From positions 2,220,001 through 2,252,000 of the forward strand of contig NZ_CP147990.1 of assembly GCF_037902255.1 (NCBI RefSeq): DNA of 32,000 bases. Reading direction: 5' to 3'. Numbering within the stretch: the stretch's first letter is position 1; the number at the start of each line of letters is the position of its first letter. A program made the position numbers and the translations under genes. Positions 1-7,617 of this stretch are shown piece after piece. Source of the DNA: Candidatus Electrothrix sp. GW3-4 (GTDB lineage: Bacteria > Desulfobacterota > Desulfobulbia > Desulfobulbales > Desulfobulbaceae). The notes beneath the pieces are model-generated. The model searched no databases and was not told where the DNA came from. It saw only the letters and a list, made by a program, of their open reading frames with translations.

Positions 1-532
1 GAAACAGGTTTGCCAGGGCTGCTGCGCTGACAAGTTTTGCAATACCTTGCCCGTCTTCCAGGCAGATGCCCTCTTGCTCTCCATGACCGGAGAAATGAAC
101 AATCTGCGGCCTGGTGTCCAGGATGGCCTGCATCAGGGTGTCCGAGGTGACTGCCCATTCCTGGGTGAGGTGGAGGAGGTCGCGTTCTTTTGCAAGCTTC
201 AGGTCCGTAGATATTTGCCGCACCTCTTCGTCCAGGCGGAGGCGGGCCGTGTCCATCGGGTTTGCAGCGAGGAAAAGGATGGTTGTTTTGCCGGTGCTCG
301 GAGAAGGTTCTTGCTCTGGCGCGCTTCCTCCTCCCTGCAATTCAGCCAGTTCCTGCTCTACCTGCTGGCGCTCCTGCTTCATCCTGGCAATATCACTCTC
401 CATACGAAAGCGCTCTTCAGCACGGGTTTCAGCATTATATTGTTCCTCCACAAGAGCCAGTCTCTTGCTGATCCGCTCCCATTTGCTTTCTGCCTCTTTG
501 ATCTTGGCGGCGGTTATAAAATCAAGGGACAT
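1..532 (-). CDS. Coiled-coil N-terminus + CHAT/caspase-fold peptidase domain protein (partial; C-terminus runs off the left edge)
   Basis: Open 177-codon minus-strand frame, missing from the supplied track because no stop lies inside the window. ATG at 532-530 is preceded by AGGAG with a 6-nt spacer. Translation: MSLDFITAAKIKEAESKWERISKRLALVEEQYNAETRAEERFRMESDIARMKQERQQVEQELAELQGGGSAPEQEPSPSTGKTTILFLAANPMDTARLRLDEEVRQISTDLKLAKERDLLHLTQEWAVTSDTLMQAILDTRPQIVHFSGHGEQEGICLEDGQGIAKLVSAAALANLF. The pattern ILFLAANP..RLRLDEEVR...IVHFSGHG matches the N-terminal half of short CHAT-type caspase-like domains, including the His-Gly of the catalytic dyad. The catalytic Cys would lie off-window. Confidence 0.6.
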   Translation of the reverse strand, partial: MSLDFITAAKIKEAESKWERISKRLALVEEQYNAETRAEERFRMESDIARMKQERQQVEQELAELQGGGSAPEQEPSPSTGKTTILFLAANPMDTARLRLDEEVRQISTDLKLAKERDLLHLTQEWAVTSDTLMQAILDTRPQIVHFSGHGEQEGICLEDGQGIAKLVSAAALANLF

Positions 533-600
533 AATGTGCTCCTCTCTTCTTCATCTTCTTCTTTTTTCGGGTAGATGCGTCCCTGGTGAGAGTTGGGCTT

Positions 601-1512
601 TTAATATGCCTGGACGCCAAATTTCAGGAGTAACCGTGGCAGGATGTCGTCAAGATTCTGAACATCTTTATCTTCCAGCTCAATAAGATTGAATCCGTAT
701 TTCTGATATATTTCCTGCTTAATCTTTTTTCTGTTCAAATATTTCTCATCGTTTTCGTATCCCCAGTATTCTATATAGACCTTTCCTGTGGGGATATAAA
801 AATCACTGTAGACATTCTCCTCCACAGGAAGCTTACGCTCATAGGCATGAACAATTTCAGCCATATACAACCAGTTATCGATCAACATTTCAGCTTTTGA
901 ACGTACAAAATGTCCATCGGTGGCACGATGTTTCGCTTCAAATTTCTCCCGGAAATCTGTTGTCTTTTGAGCCGCTCCGTTTCCCTGATTCTGTTCATTA
1001 TCTTGTTCAGAATATGTCCCTTTTACATGATTAACTGTCTCGATAAGTGATTTTGAGTTCAACAGACTTGCTGGCCATTTCGCATAAGGCACCCCAGACC
1101 TTTGAGCTTCAGCCTGCTGCCCTCCCTGCCGCTTTCCATGCTCAGTAACCAACCATCCTTTCAGCCCTTTTTTAATCCAACCTATTTCCGAAAGGATAAA
1201 GTTAACTTTGTTCGCGGAAAGATCAAAATGCTTTCCTATCGCTGTCGAAGTGAGCATGTTTCCAGTACTTGAAGCAGGTTCCAGTAGTGATTCAGGTGTA
1301 TCTTCATTTAACTCAAATGTTTCTGGCCATACGATATATTTCCCATATTTTTTGGACTCTTTGTATTCGCCCCCTCTCTCTTCCCCTTTTCGAGTCAAAA
1401 TCCAAGCAGTTTCCTCTCGTTCAATCAATCCTTGCTCTGACAAAAGCGCAAAAAGGTCTTTTGGAGCCATTCCCTGCGATTTTGCCAACTGACTTGTGGA
1501 TATTTTTTTCAT
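601..1512 (-). CDS. Tandem HTH-like modules + C-terminal PD-(D/E)xK nuclease-fold domain protein
   Basis: 303-aa ORF. It has two similar N-terminal modules of about 60 aa (ISTSQLAKSQGMAPKDLFALLSEQGLIE... and LTSTAIGKHFDLSANKVNFILSEIGWIKK...). The C-terminus FVRSKAEMLIDNWLY..HAYERKL..YSDFYIP..VYIEYWG fits the S.E..I / YE / DF.(I/L)P / IE(Y/H)(W/F)G pattern. I recognise that pattern from the nuclease module attached to helicase IV/UvrD-like proteins. Confidence 0.55.
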   Translation of the reverse strand: MKKISTSQLAKSQGMAPKDLFALLSEQGLIEREETAWILTRKGEERGGEYKESKKYGKYIVWPETFELNEDTPESLLEPASSTGNMLTSTAIGKHFDLSANKVNFILSEIGWIKKGLKGWLVTEHGKRQGGQQAEAQRSGVPYAKWPASLLNSKSLIETVNHVKGTYSEQDNEQNQGNGAAQKTTDFREKFEAKHRATDGHFVRSKAEMLIDNWLYMAEIVHAYERKLPVEENVYSDFYIPTGKVYIEYWGYENDEKYLNRKKIKQEIYQKYGFNLIELEDKDVQNLDDILPRLLLKFGVQAY

Positions 1513-1660
1513 TTCACGGACCTTTTAGTGATGATTTAAAGGAAAGTCTTAAGTAATACCGCAAAACTAACTCGACTCATTGGAGAAAAAAAGGACACTG
1601 TACCGTTAAGTGAGGTCGAGGCTATGTCAATAAAAACACAGCTAAAACCCGCCCCGCCTT

Positions 1661-2698
1661 TTAGAAAACTGCTCTTTTCTCACGCACAGCCTGTCCCGCC
1701 TGGGTCAAACGATAGCATTGCTTGGAACTACGCGGTTTATCTGGGATGGTCATCTCTATCAGGCCCGCATCCAGAGCCGGGCGGAGATAGAGCAACCGAA
1801 AATTCTTTTCCGCTTTCAAACCCAACTCTTCCTGAATCGCCCGACGATTCATCTCGCCCTCAAGCACTCCAAGCAGCTGCTGCACTTCGGGTGTCACTTC
1901 GGGTGTAACTTCGGGTGTAGATAGTTCCTCGCAGGCCGCTAACATAGCGGAAAGCATAAATTCAACAAAACAAGTGGACTCACCTTCACTATCGCTCTGG
2001 CGCAAGGCTCGATAATATTCCTCCTGTCGATCATGAACCACCGTTTCAATGGGAATGAAAAAGAAGATTGATCGCCATTGCCCCAAAATCAGGGTTTGCC
2101 AAAGCCGCCCCAGCCGACCATTAGCATCCATAAAGGGGTGAATGAATTCAAGCTCGTAATGAAACACTGAGCTGGCAACTAAGGGATGGAGGTCCGTCGT
2201 AGCCAACCAACTCAGCAGGGAGTTCAGAAGAGCAGGCAGGTTCTCAGCAGGAGGAGCCACATGAATCACCTCCCCCTGCCGCTTAATACCTACACTTCCG
2301 CGACGCAGTTTGCCGGGCTCGTCCAGGAGAGCCGTCATGAGCACGTTATGGGCCTCGCACAGATGCGCCAATTCTCCCGGTTGCCATTGCCCCAGCTGCT
2401 CATAGGCAAGAAAACTATTCCGCACCTCCTGCACTTCTTTCGGGGTCCCCAGCACTCGTTTACCGGCCAGCACTGCTGTTACCTGCTCTAGGCTCAGGGT
2501 GCTTCCCTCTATGGCAAGTGATGCCTGAACAGTACGGATGCGATTATCACGCCGCAAATGGGGCGCAACCTGTTGTTCTCGGTTAACCTGAAGGCGCCCC
2601 AAAACCTCGCCTACCTGCTCCACCAAATCAAGAATGCGCGAAGTCAGTGTAAAAGGCGGTGTATAGCTTTCCATGCCTTTATCGTCCAAGTCCTGCAA
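1661..2698 (-). CDS. Fic family protein (AMPylase-type), class II autoinhibited, with C-terminal wHTH-like tail
   Basis: 345-aa ORF. The Fic motif is HPFMDANGRLGR, with Ala in place of the usual Gly before NGR. The inhibitory-helix motif SLAIEG ([S/T]xxxE[G/N]) lies N-terminal to the core. The track start at 2698 is TTG; ATG at 2674 (MESYTPPF...) is an alternative start. Confidence 0.9.
   Translation of the reverse strand: MQDLDDKGMESYTPPFTLTSRILDLVEQVGEVLGRLQVNREQQVAPHLRRDNRIRTVQASLAIEGSTLSLEQVTAVLAGKRVLGTPKEVQEVRNSFLAYEQLGQWQPGELAHLCEAHNVLMTALLDEPGKLRRGSVGIKRQGEVIHVAPPAENLPALLNSLLSWLATTDLHPLVASSVFHYELEFIHPFMDANGRLGRLWQTLILGQWRSIFFFIPIETVVHDRQEEYYRALRQSDSEGESTCFVEFMLSAMLAACEELSTPEVTPEVTPEVQQLLGVLEGEMNRRAIQEELGLKAEKNFRLLYLRPALDAGLIEMTIPDKPRSSKQCYRLTQAGQAVREKRAVF
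1883..1918 (-). repeat. 12-nt in-frame tandem repeat x3 inside the Fic gene (encodes TPEV-TPEV-TPEV linker)
   Basis: Plus strand reads cacttcgggtgt cacttcgggtgt aacttcgggtgt. The protein reads ELSTPEVTPEVTPEVQQLL, between the Fic core and the C-terminal tail. Confidence 0.85.
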
Positions 2699-2707
2699 TT
2701 TCAGCGA

Positions 2708-3916
2708 CTACGCCAGATCCTTCCCAGCAAGGCCCTTCTTCGTCACCATCTTCAGCACCGCATAACCAGCAGCCCCGGAAATAAGAGAACCCAGGATAAT
2801 ACCGATCCGCTCATCAAAAACCTTTTCACCGCCCTGGAAAGCCAGCCCGCCGATAAAGAGGCTCATGGTGAAACCAATACCACAGAGCAGGGAGGCCCCG
2901 TAGAGATGGCCCCTTGTGATTTCCTTGGGCAATTGAGCAATCTTCAGTTTGAGGGCGAGGAAACAGAGGCCAAAGACGCCAAGCTGCTTACCAGCAACCA
3001 ATCCAAGAGCAATCCCCAGCGGCACAGGATGGAGCACCTGATCCATGCCCACGCCTTTCAAATTAAGGCCGGAATTGGCAAAGGCAAAGACCGGCAGGAT
3101 AAAGTATGCAACAACGGTGTGGAGACTATGCTCAAGACTTTTCAGGGGGGAGATCTCAGGGTTCTTCTTCGAGGAAAGCGGAATGAACATCGCCAGCAGC
3201 ACACCAGCAATAGTGGCATGGACCCCGGATTTCAGGGTAGCAAACCACATGATCGCACCAACCAGCAGATAAGGCGCCTTGGCAGACACCTGCATCCGGT
3301 TCAGCACAGCCAGCACGACCACACAGCCAGCCACCCCAGCCAGAGGTACGGTAAAGATCTCACTGGTGTAAAAAAAGGCGATAATCAGCACTGCGCCAAG
3401 ATCGTCAAAAATCGCCAGAGAGGTCAAGAAGACCTTTAAGGAATTAGGCACCCCGGAGCCGAGGAGGGTCAGTACGCCCAAGGCAAAGGCAATATCTGTT
3501 GCTGTGGGAACAGCCCATCCCCGCATGGCCATAGCATCACCGGTATTCAAAGCAGTATAGATAAGCGCAGGAATCAACATCCCGCCTATGGCTCCAACCA
3601 CAGGGAGCATGATGTTCTGGCTGTCAGAGAGCTCACCTTCCAGTATCTCTCGTTTTAATTCCAGGCCAACCAGGAAGAAAAAAATCGCCATCAATCCGTC
3701 ATTCACAAGATGATGGAGTGAGAGGTTTAACCCTATCTCCTGAATTCCAGGTATCCAGACCAGGGGATAAAGATGGAGTATCCCCTCATAGAGATGATTC
3801 ACGCCGGGAATATTGGCAGAGATTACAGCCAGGGCCGCAGCAAACATAAGGAGAATCCCCCCGGCTGCCTCCATCTTCAAAAACTCACTGATAAATGCTG
3901 TCGCCTTCTCCTTCAT
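2708..3916 (-). CDS. nhaA: Na+/H+ antiporter NhaA
   Basis: 402-aa polytopic ORF, collinear with E. coli NhaA as I recall it. Matching segments are NDGLMAIFFFLVGLELKREI, VPTATDIAFALGVLTLLG, LAIFDDLGAVLIIAFFY (the DD pair) and KSGVHATIAGVLLAMFIPL. Confidence 0.95.
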   Translation of the reverse strand: MKEKATAFISEFLKMEAAGGILLMFAAALAVISANIPGVNHLYEGILHLYPLVWIPGIQEIGLNLSLHHLVNDGLMAIFFFLVGLELKREILEGELSDSQNIMLPVVGAIGGMLIPALIYTALNTGDAMAMRGWAVPTATDIAFALGVLTLLGSGVPNSLKVFLTSLAIFDDLGAVLIIAFFYTSEIFTVPLAGVAGCVVVLAVLNRMQVSAKAPYLLVGAIMWFATLKSGVHATIAGVLLAMFIPLSSKKNPEISPLKSLEHSLHTVVAYFILPVFAFANSGLNLKGVGMDQVLHPVPLGIALGLVAGKQLGVFGLCFLALKLKIAQLPKEITRGHLYGASLLCGIGFTMSLFIGGLAFQGGEKVFDERIGIILGSLISGAAGYAVLKMVTKKGLAGKDLA

Positions 3917-4195
3917 ACTCCTCCTCCTTTAGAAAACTGTTCTCCCTAGCTACCCCAGCTCAGCCATCCCAGCTTCTTTATGATAATAGTAGAGGTATTA
4001 TCCCTTGTAATTTCCTGACCTGTCAAGTTGGAAACAGGGAGAAGAAGTCAGTTATTATGGAGTATCAAACATAAAAAAAATCCTGACAAACTCCATTAGA
4101 CAGCTACCACACGTACAATTTTTTGAATTGTAACAAAACGATAGAAAAGACTTTTTTTTCTTGACCAACACCTACCCATGCGCTACTTTAAAATA

Positions 4196-4214
4196 AATGA
4201 TAATCATTATCAAT
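4196..4214. promoter_or_regulatory. Fur box (iron-responsive repressor operator)
   Basis: AATGATAATCATTATC at 4196-4211 is identical to positions 4-19 of the 19-bp Fur consensus GATAATGATAATCATTATC. The palindromic core is TGATAATCATTATCA. It sits 17-35 nt upstream of the ATG at 4231, just downstream of a possible TTGACC(4161-4166)-17 nt-TACTTT(4184-4189) promoter. Confidence 0.6.
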
Positions 4215-4230
4215 AAAGGGAGGCGTACAG

Positions 4231-4602
4231 ATGAAAAAAGATAATCTGTTTTTAATATTGACCATCTTGCTGGTATCATACGCTCTCTGGGCTTCAGCTG
4301 CACTCGCTGGCCCAGGAGACCACCATCTACCTGATGTCTCGGCATTAACTATAGAAGAAGCTGAAGCAAAATATGGAGTAGGATCTGGATACGAGCACCC
4401 ATTGCTCTTTGAAGTGAATACGGAACTTGGCCCTAAAAACTGTGTATCAATAGGCCCTGACTGCAGTAAGGCGTGCCCAACACCAAAAATCTACTATCAA
4501 TCACCGCACCACTACCTCAACAGGGATGGAAGCAGCACAATACGAGTGGATATTTATTTTGACAACAATGAGACAATAACCTCAAGGGATCCATCATGCT
4601 GA
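4231..4602 (+). CDS. Small secreted Cys-containing protein of unknown function (putatively Fur-regulated)
   Basis: 123-aa ORF with SD AGGGAGG 7 nt upstream. It has an N-terminal signal peptide (MKKDNLFLILTILLVSYALWASAALA/GP) and four Cys in the mature part. I recognise no domain. Confidence 0.6.
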   Translation: MKKDNLFLILTILLVSYALWASAALAGPGDHHLPDVSALTIEEAEAKYGVGSGYEHPLLFEVNTELGPKNCVSIGPDCSKACPTPKIYYQSPHHYLNRDGSSTIRVDIYFDNNETITSRDPSC

Positions 4603-4633
4603 AGGGATCCCCTCCTGGTACTGCATAATAACA

Positions 4634-4711
4634 CCCATCCCTCCCCTCCGGGGAGGGGCAACAAAACATGAAAGTACTGGGTGACTCCAAGGAATCACCC
4701 AGTACTTTCAT
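4634..4711. repeat. Bipartite hairpin (REP-like) intergenic element, copy 1
   Basis: Sequence: cccatccctcccctccggggaggggcaacaaaacatgaaagtactgggtgactccaaggaatcacccagtactttcat. Hairpin A is CCCCTC/GAGGGG. Hairpin B is a perfect 17-bp stem, atgaaagtactgggtga / tcacccagtactttcat, around the loop ctccaaggaa. It lies between convergent genes, and a second copy is at 8554-8632. Confidence 0.75.
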
Positions 4712-4746
4712 TGTCCACGCAGCCCAGTTCTCCAGCTGCCCCCCCC

Positions 4747-5904
4747 TCAACTCTCCAAAAGCCCAAGGACCATCCCGGCCTCTGCTGTTTCAGAAGCCAG
4801 GGTTACGGAGGATTCATCTTGAGAAGCAAAGGTCTCAAGAAAAAGCTGCTGGGGCCTTACCTCAGAAAGAAAATACAGGGTCAGGGTACAGCGCCCGTGT
4901 TCCTTTTCTGGATAATGTCCTTCCAGCAGATCAATCCACGCCTCTTGCATGTCTTCTGAAAAAGCCGACGCTGCTGACGCCGTCAGGAATGCTCTGATTG
5001 CAGCAATCAACGCACCTGCCTCTTCCTGAAAATGCTCTCGCCGGAGGAAGGCTCCATCCTCCTCAGAATAAAAGCCGGGCAGAGGAAGAATCAGCAACGG
5101 TTTCGCTGGCGAGGAATGCCCCTGCCGGTACTGTTCCAGCAGGGCCTCAACTGCATCCGGGCTGCGACTGATAAAGGCAGTACCTGCAAATGATTGCTGA
5201 TGAAGGGCAAAGAGACGGCTCCAGGCCTTGAGACGCAACCGTTGTTGTTGAAAGGGAATCTCATCGCCTGGACCACTGGTTGGCAGCTCAAGATCTGGCA
5301 GGTCTCCGTCCTCTTCCCTGCGCAGCTCCCTGAACAACATTTCCTGCTGTTGCCTCATTCTATCCAGGTTCCGGCGGATCTCTGCCTGATTGCGATCCAT
5401 GGACTCACCAAGCTTGAGCAGCAACCTCGCCTGCCAGAGGCGTACAGAAAAAACGTTCTTTTCTTGCCCCTTTTCCGGTTCAGGAGTATGTTCCCCAGAA
5501 CCTGCTCGGATACCGCTCTGCTGCAGCAGGGTATCTATGATGGAGTGCTCGCGTTCATCCTCCCGCACAACGTGACCAAGGCCAGCTGAGAGGTTACCAA
5601 GATGACCTGCATAATCCTCAGGCCGTAAGCGGATATCCTGAAGGAGCGCAAGAAAACGTTCCCGGTCTTCTCCAAGCGGAGCCGGACAGGTATAGGCAAT
5701 GCATCTGCTGCGCTCCTGCTGGCCCAACATCTCGCGTACCAACGGAGTATCTGCTTCGGGCAGATCATCCTCAACCGGTCTCAGAAAAAGGACCTGCGTA
5801 AAAAGCAGGGGCAAGGGCAAGACCACACCATCGTCAGGCAGAACATCGGGAAAAATATAGGCAAGATCAACTGACATTATGCAAACATTCCGGGAAAAAT
5901 TCAC
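4747..5904 (-). CDS. Acidic hypothetical protein, no recognisable domain
   Basis: Long minus-strand ORF (389 aa from the GTG at 5916 in the track). GTG at 5904 has GAGGA 5 nt upstream. ATG at 5877 (MSVDLAYIF...) is another candidate start. The protein is D/E/R-rich with a central coiled-coil-like stretch (NQAEIRRNLDRMRQQQEMLFRELRREE). Confidence 0.55.
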   Translation of the reverse strand: MNFSRNVCIMSVDLAYIFPDVLPDDGVVLPLPLLFTQVLFLRPVEDDLPEADTPLVREMLGQQERSRCIAYTCPAPLGEDRERFLALLQDIRLRPEDYAGHLGNLSAGLGHVVREDEREHSIIDTLLQQSGIRAGSGEHTPEPEKGQEKNVFSVRLWQARLLLKLGESMDRNQAEIRRNLDRMRQQQEMLFRELRREEDGDLPDLELPTSGPGDEIPFQQQRLRLKAWSRLFALHQQSFAGTAFISRSPDAVEALLEQYRQGHSSPAKPLLILPLPGFYSEEDGAFLRREHFQEEAGALIAAIRAFLTASAASAFSEDMQEAWIDLLEGHYPEKEHGRCTLTLYFLSEVRPQQLFLETFASQDESSVTLASETAEAGMVLGLLES

Positions 5905-6244
5905 TCTGTTCCTCACCGTCGCAGCCTATCTGCTCTTTCATCTGCGTTTAGGGCCGTCAGCAGCAAGTATTGTGACAGGAACTGCGGCCCAGTTACTGAC
6001 CACAGCTCCCTATTCTCTTGGGTTCACCTGGATTCTGGTGATAATTATCCGTTTTCTTCATGATGGAAAACGCCCATCCTGGGACAGGATCGCCCGAATT
6101 TTCTTCACCATTGGCATCCTGTTCGCCTTTTATTTTGCCCTGTACGAACGCAATGAACGAGTCCTGCAGGAACAGGGGCAGCAAGAGCAGGTGCAATCCG
6201 CCACAGATTCGGGCCAGCGCGGGCAAGAGCGTAAAAAAGAGTGA
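5879..6244 (+). CDS. Small membrane protein (about 3 predicted TM segments) with Q/E-rich tail
   Basis: 121-aa ORF with hydrophobic stretches FTLFLTVAAYLLFHL, LGFTWILVIIIRFL and IFFTIGILFAFYFALY. No obvious SD. Its start abuts or overlaps the start of the divergent gene. Confidence 0.45.
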   Translation: MQTFREKFTLFLTVAAYLLFHLRLGPSAASIVTGTAAQLLTTAPYSLGFTWILVIIIRFLHDGKRPSWDRIARIFFTIGILFAFYFALYERNERVLQEQGQQEQVQSATDSGQRGQERKKE

Positions 6245-6374
6245 GCCTGCACGGAGGAGCCCGCACATAAAAAGAGCAGAGATATTTCTCTTGAATATCC
6301 CTGCTCAGGAACGACAACATCTCCGGCCATCTCCGGCCCCAAGGGGCGGAACAGAGCCCCCCTCTCAGGCCTTG

Positions 6375-7493
6375 TCAGCCAAGATGCTCCAAGACAATTT
6401 TCAACATCCGACGAACCGGCTCAGCAGCTCCCCAGAGCAGCTGGTCGCCAACACTGAAGGCACTCAGGTACTGCTCCCCCAGGTTCATCTTGCGCAGGCG
6501 CCCCACCGGGATATCCAGGGTTCGGGTTACCCGGGTGGGTGTCAGTTTATTCACTGTTTCTTCCTTGGTATTGGCTACCAGGTAGACCCATTTATTATGA
6601 CTGGCAATGGCCTCTTCAATATCCGCTAAGGGAATATTCTGGTTCAGTTTGATGGTAAAGGCCTGGCTATGACAACGCATGGAACCGACCCGAACACAGC
6701 AACCATCAATAGGAATCTGGTTCTCAGCGCTATACCCAAGGATCTTATTGGTCTCAGAGACCCCTTTCCACTCCTCCCGGGTCTGGCCGTTGTCCATAGC
6801 CCGGTCAATCCAGGGAATCAGGCTGGCAGCCAGGGGGGCGCCGAAATTCTTGGTCAGAAAACGAGGGCTGCGGATCGTCTCAGTGACGTTTTTATCAATG
6901 ATCAAGGCTGTCTCGTGATCATCCAGCACGTTCTCGGCATTTTCACCGATCAGCCGCATCTGATCCACCAGCTCAATCATATTCTTGGCCCCGGCCCCGG
7001 ATGCGGCCTGATAAGTCTGTGAGGTGACCCACTCAACCCAACCCTTTTCAAAAAGACCGGCTAAGGCCATCAACATGAGGGAGACCGTGCAGTTGCCGCC
7101 AATATAATCCTTGATCCCGTCAGCCAGGCCCTGATCAATGATCTTACGGTTTACCGGGTCCAGAACAATAATGGAGTCCTTTTCCATGCGCAGGGTGGAT
7201 GCCGCATCAATCCAGTACCCCTCCCAGCCCTCACTCCGCAGCTTGGGATGTATATCAGAGGTATACTCGCCGCCCTGACAGGAGAGTAGAATATTGGTTT
7301 CCTTGAGCAGATTCAGGTCGTGGGCATCAAGCAGTTCATAGCTGGTACCGTCAATCTTGGGGCCTTCCTGACCTGCCTGGGAAGTGGAGAAAAACAGAGG
7401 TTCAATGCCCTTGAAATCATCCTCCTCACCCATGCGCTCCATGAGCACGGATCCGACCATGCCTCGCCAACCGATTATACCTACTTTTTTCAT
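6375..7493 (-). CDS. asd: Aspartate-semialdehyde dehydrogenase
   Basis: 372-aa ORF, collinear with E. coli Asd. Matching segments are MKKVGIIGWRGMVGSVLMERM, GGNCTVSLMLMAL, YQAASGAGAKNM, RCHSQAFTIKL and GDQLLWGAAEPVRRML. Confidence 0.95.
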   Translation of the reverse strand: MKKVGIIGWRGMVGSVLMERMGEEDDFKGIEPLFFSTSQAGQEGPKIDGTSYELLDAHDLNLLKETNILLSCQGGEYTSDIHPKLRSEGWEGYWIDAASTLRMEKDSIIVLDPVNRKIIDQGLADGIKDYIGGNCTVSLMLMALAGLFEKGWVEWVTSQTYQAASGAGAKNMIELVDQMRLIGENAENVLDDHETALIIDKNVTETIRSPRFLTKNFGAPLAASLIPWIDRAMDNGQTREEWKGVSETNKILGYSAENQIPIDGCCVRVGSMRCHSQAFTIKLNQNIPLADIEEAIASHNKWVYLVANTKEETVNKLTPTRVTRTLDIPVGRLRKMNLGEQYLSAFSVGDQLLWGAAEPVRRMLKIVLEHLG

Positions 7494-7519
7494 TACAATT
7501 TCCTGGGTTCTGCGGCGGG

Positions 7520-7549
7520 ATCATACCACCAAATTATTCATAGTAACAA
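7520..7549 (-). promoter_or_regulatory. Possible sigma70-type promoter for asd
   Basis: Minus-strand TTGTTA (7549-7544), an 18-nt spacer, then TATGAT (7525-7520), about 27 nt upstream of the asd ATG. A 14-bp palindrome cttgtttaaacaag at 7550-7563 abuts the -35. Confidence 0.3.
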
Positions 7550-7617
7550 CTTGTTTAAACAAGCACAGTATCATTGAGCAAAGGAACCAGCTCGGCAGAG
7601 GGACAAGCAAGTCACCG

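Noticed and set aside
47-686. Plus-strand ORFs of 175, 190 and 69 aa at the left edge
   Set aside because: They are antisense to a clean 177-codon minus-strand frame that has a good SD and recognisable CHAT-like motifs. Their translations are low-complexity with no motifs, so I treat them as shadow ORFs.
2558-3439. 293-aa plus-strand ORF
   Set aside because: It lies antisense to nhaA, which is unambiguous over its full length. The translation has no membrane or domain features.
3982-4002. Second Fur-like inverted repeat GATAATA-n7-TATTATC upstream of nhaA
   Set aside because: The GATAAT half-sites are separated by 7 nt instead of the 1 nt in the 7-1-7 Fur model. The site is therefore unlikely to be a classical Fur operator. 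It is kept only as a note.
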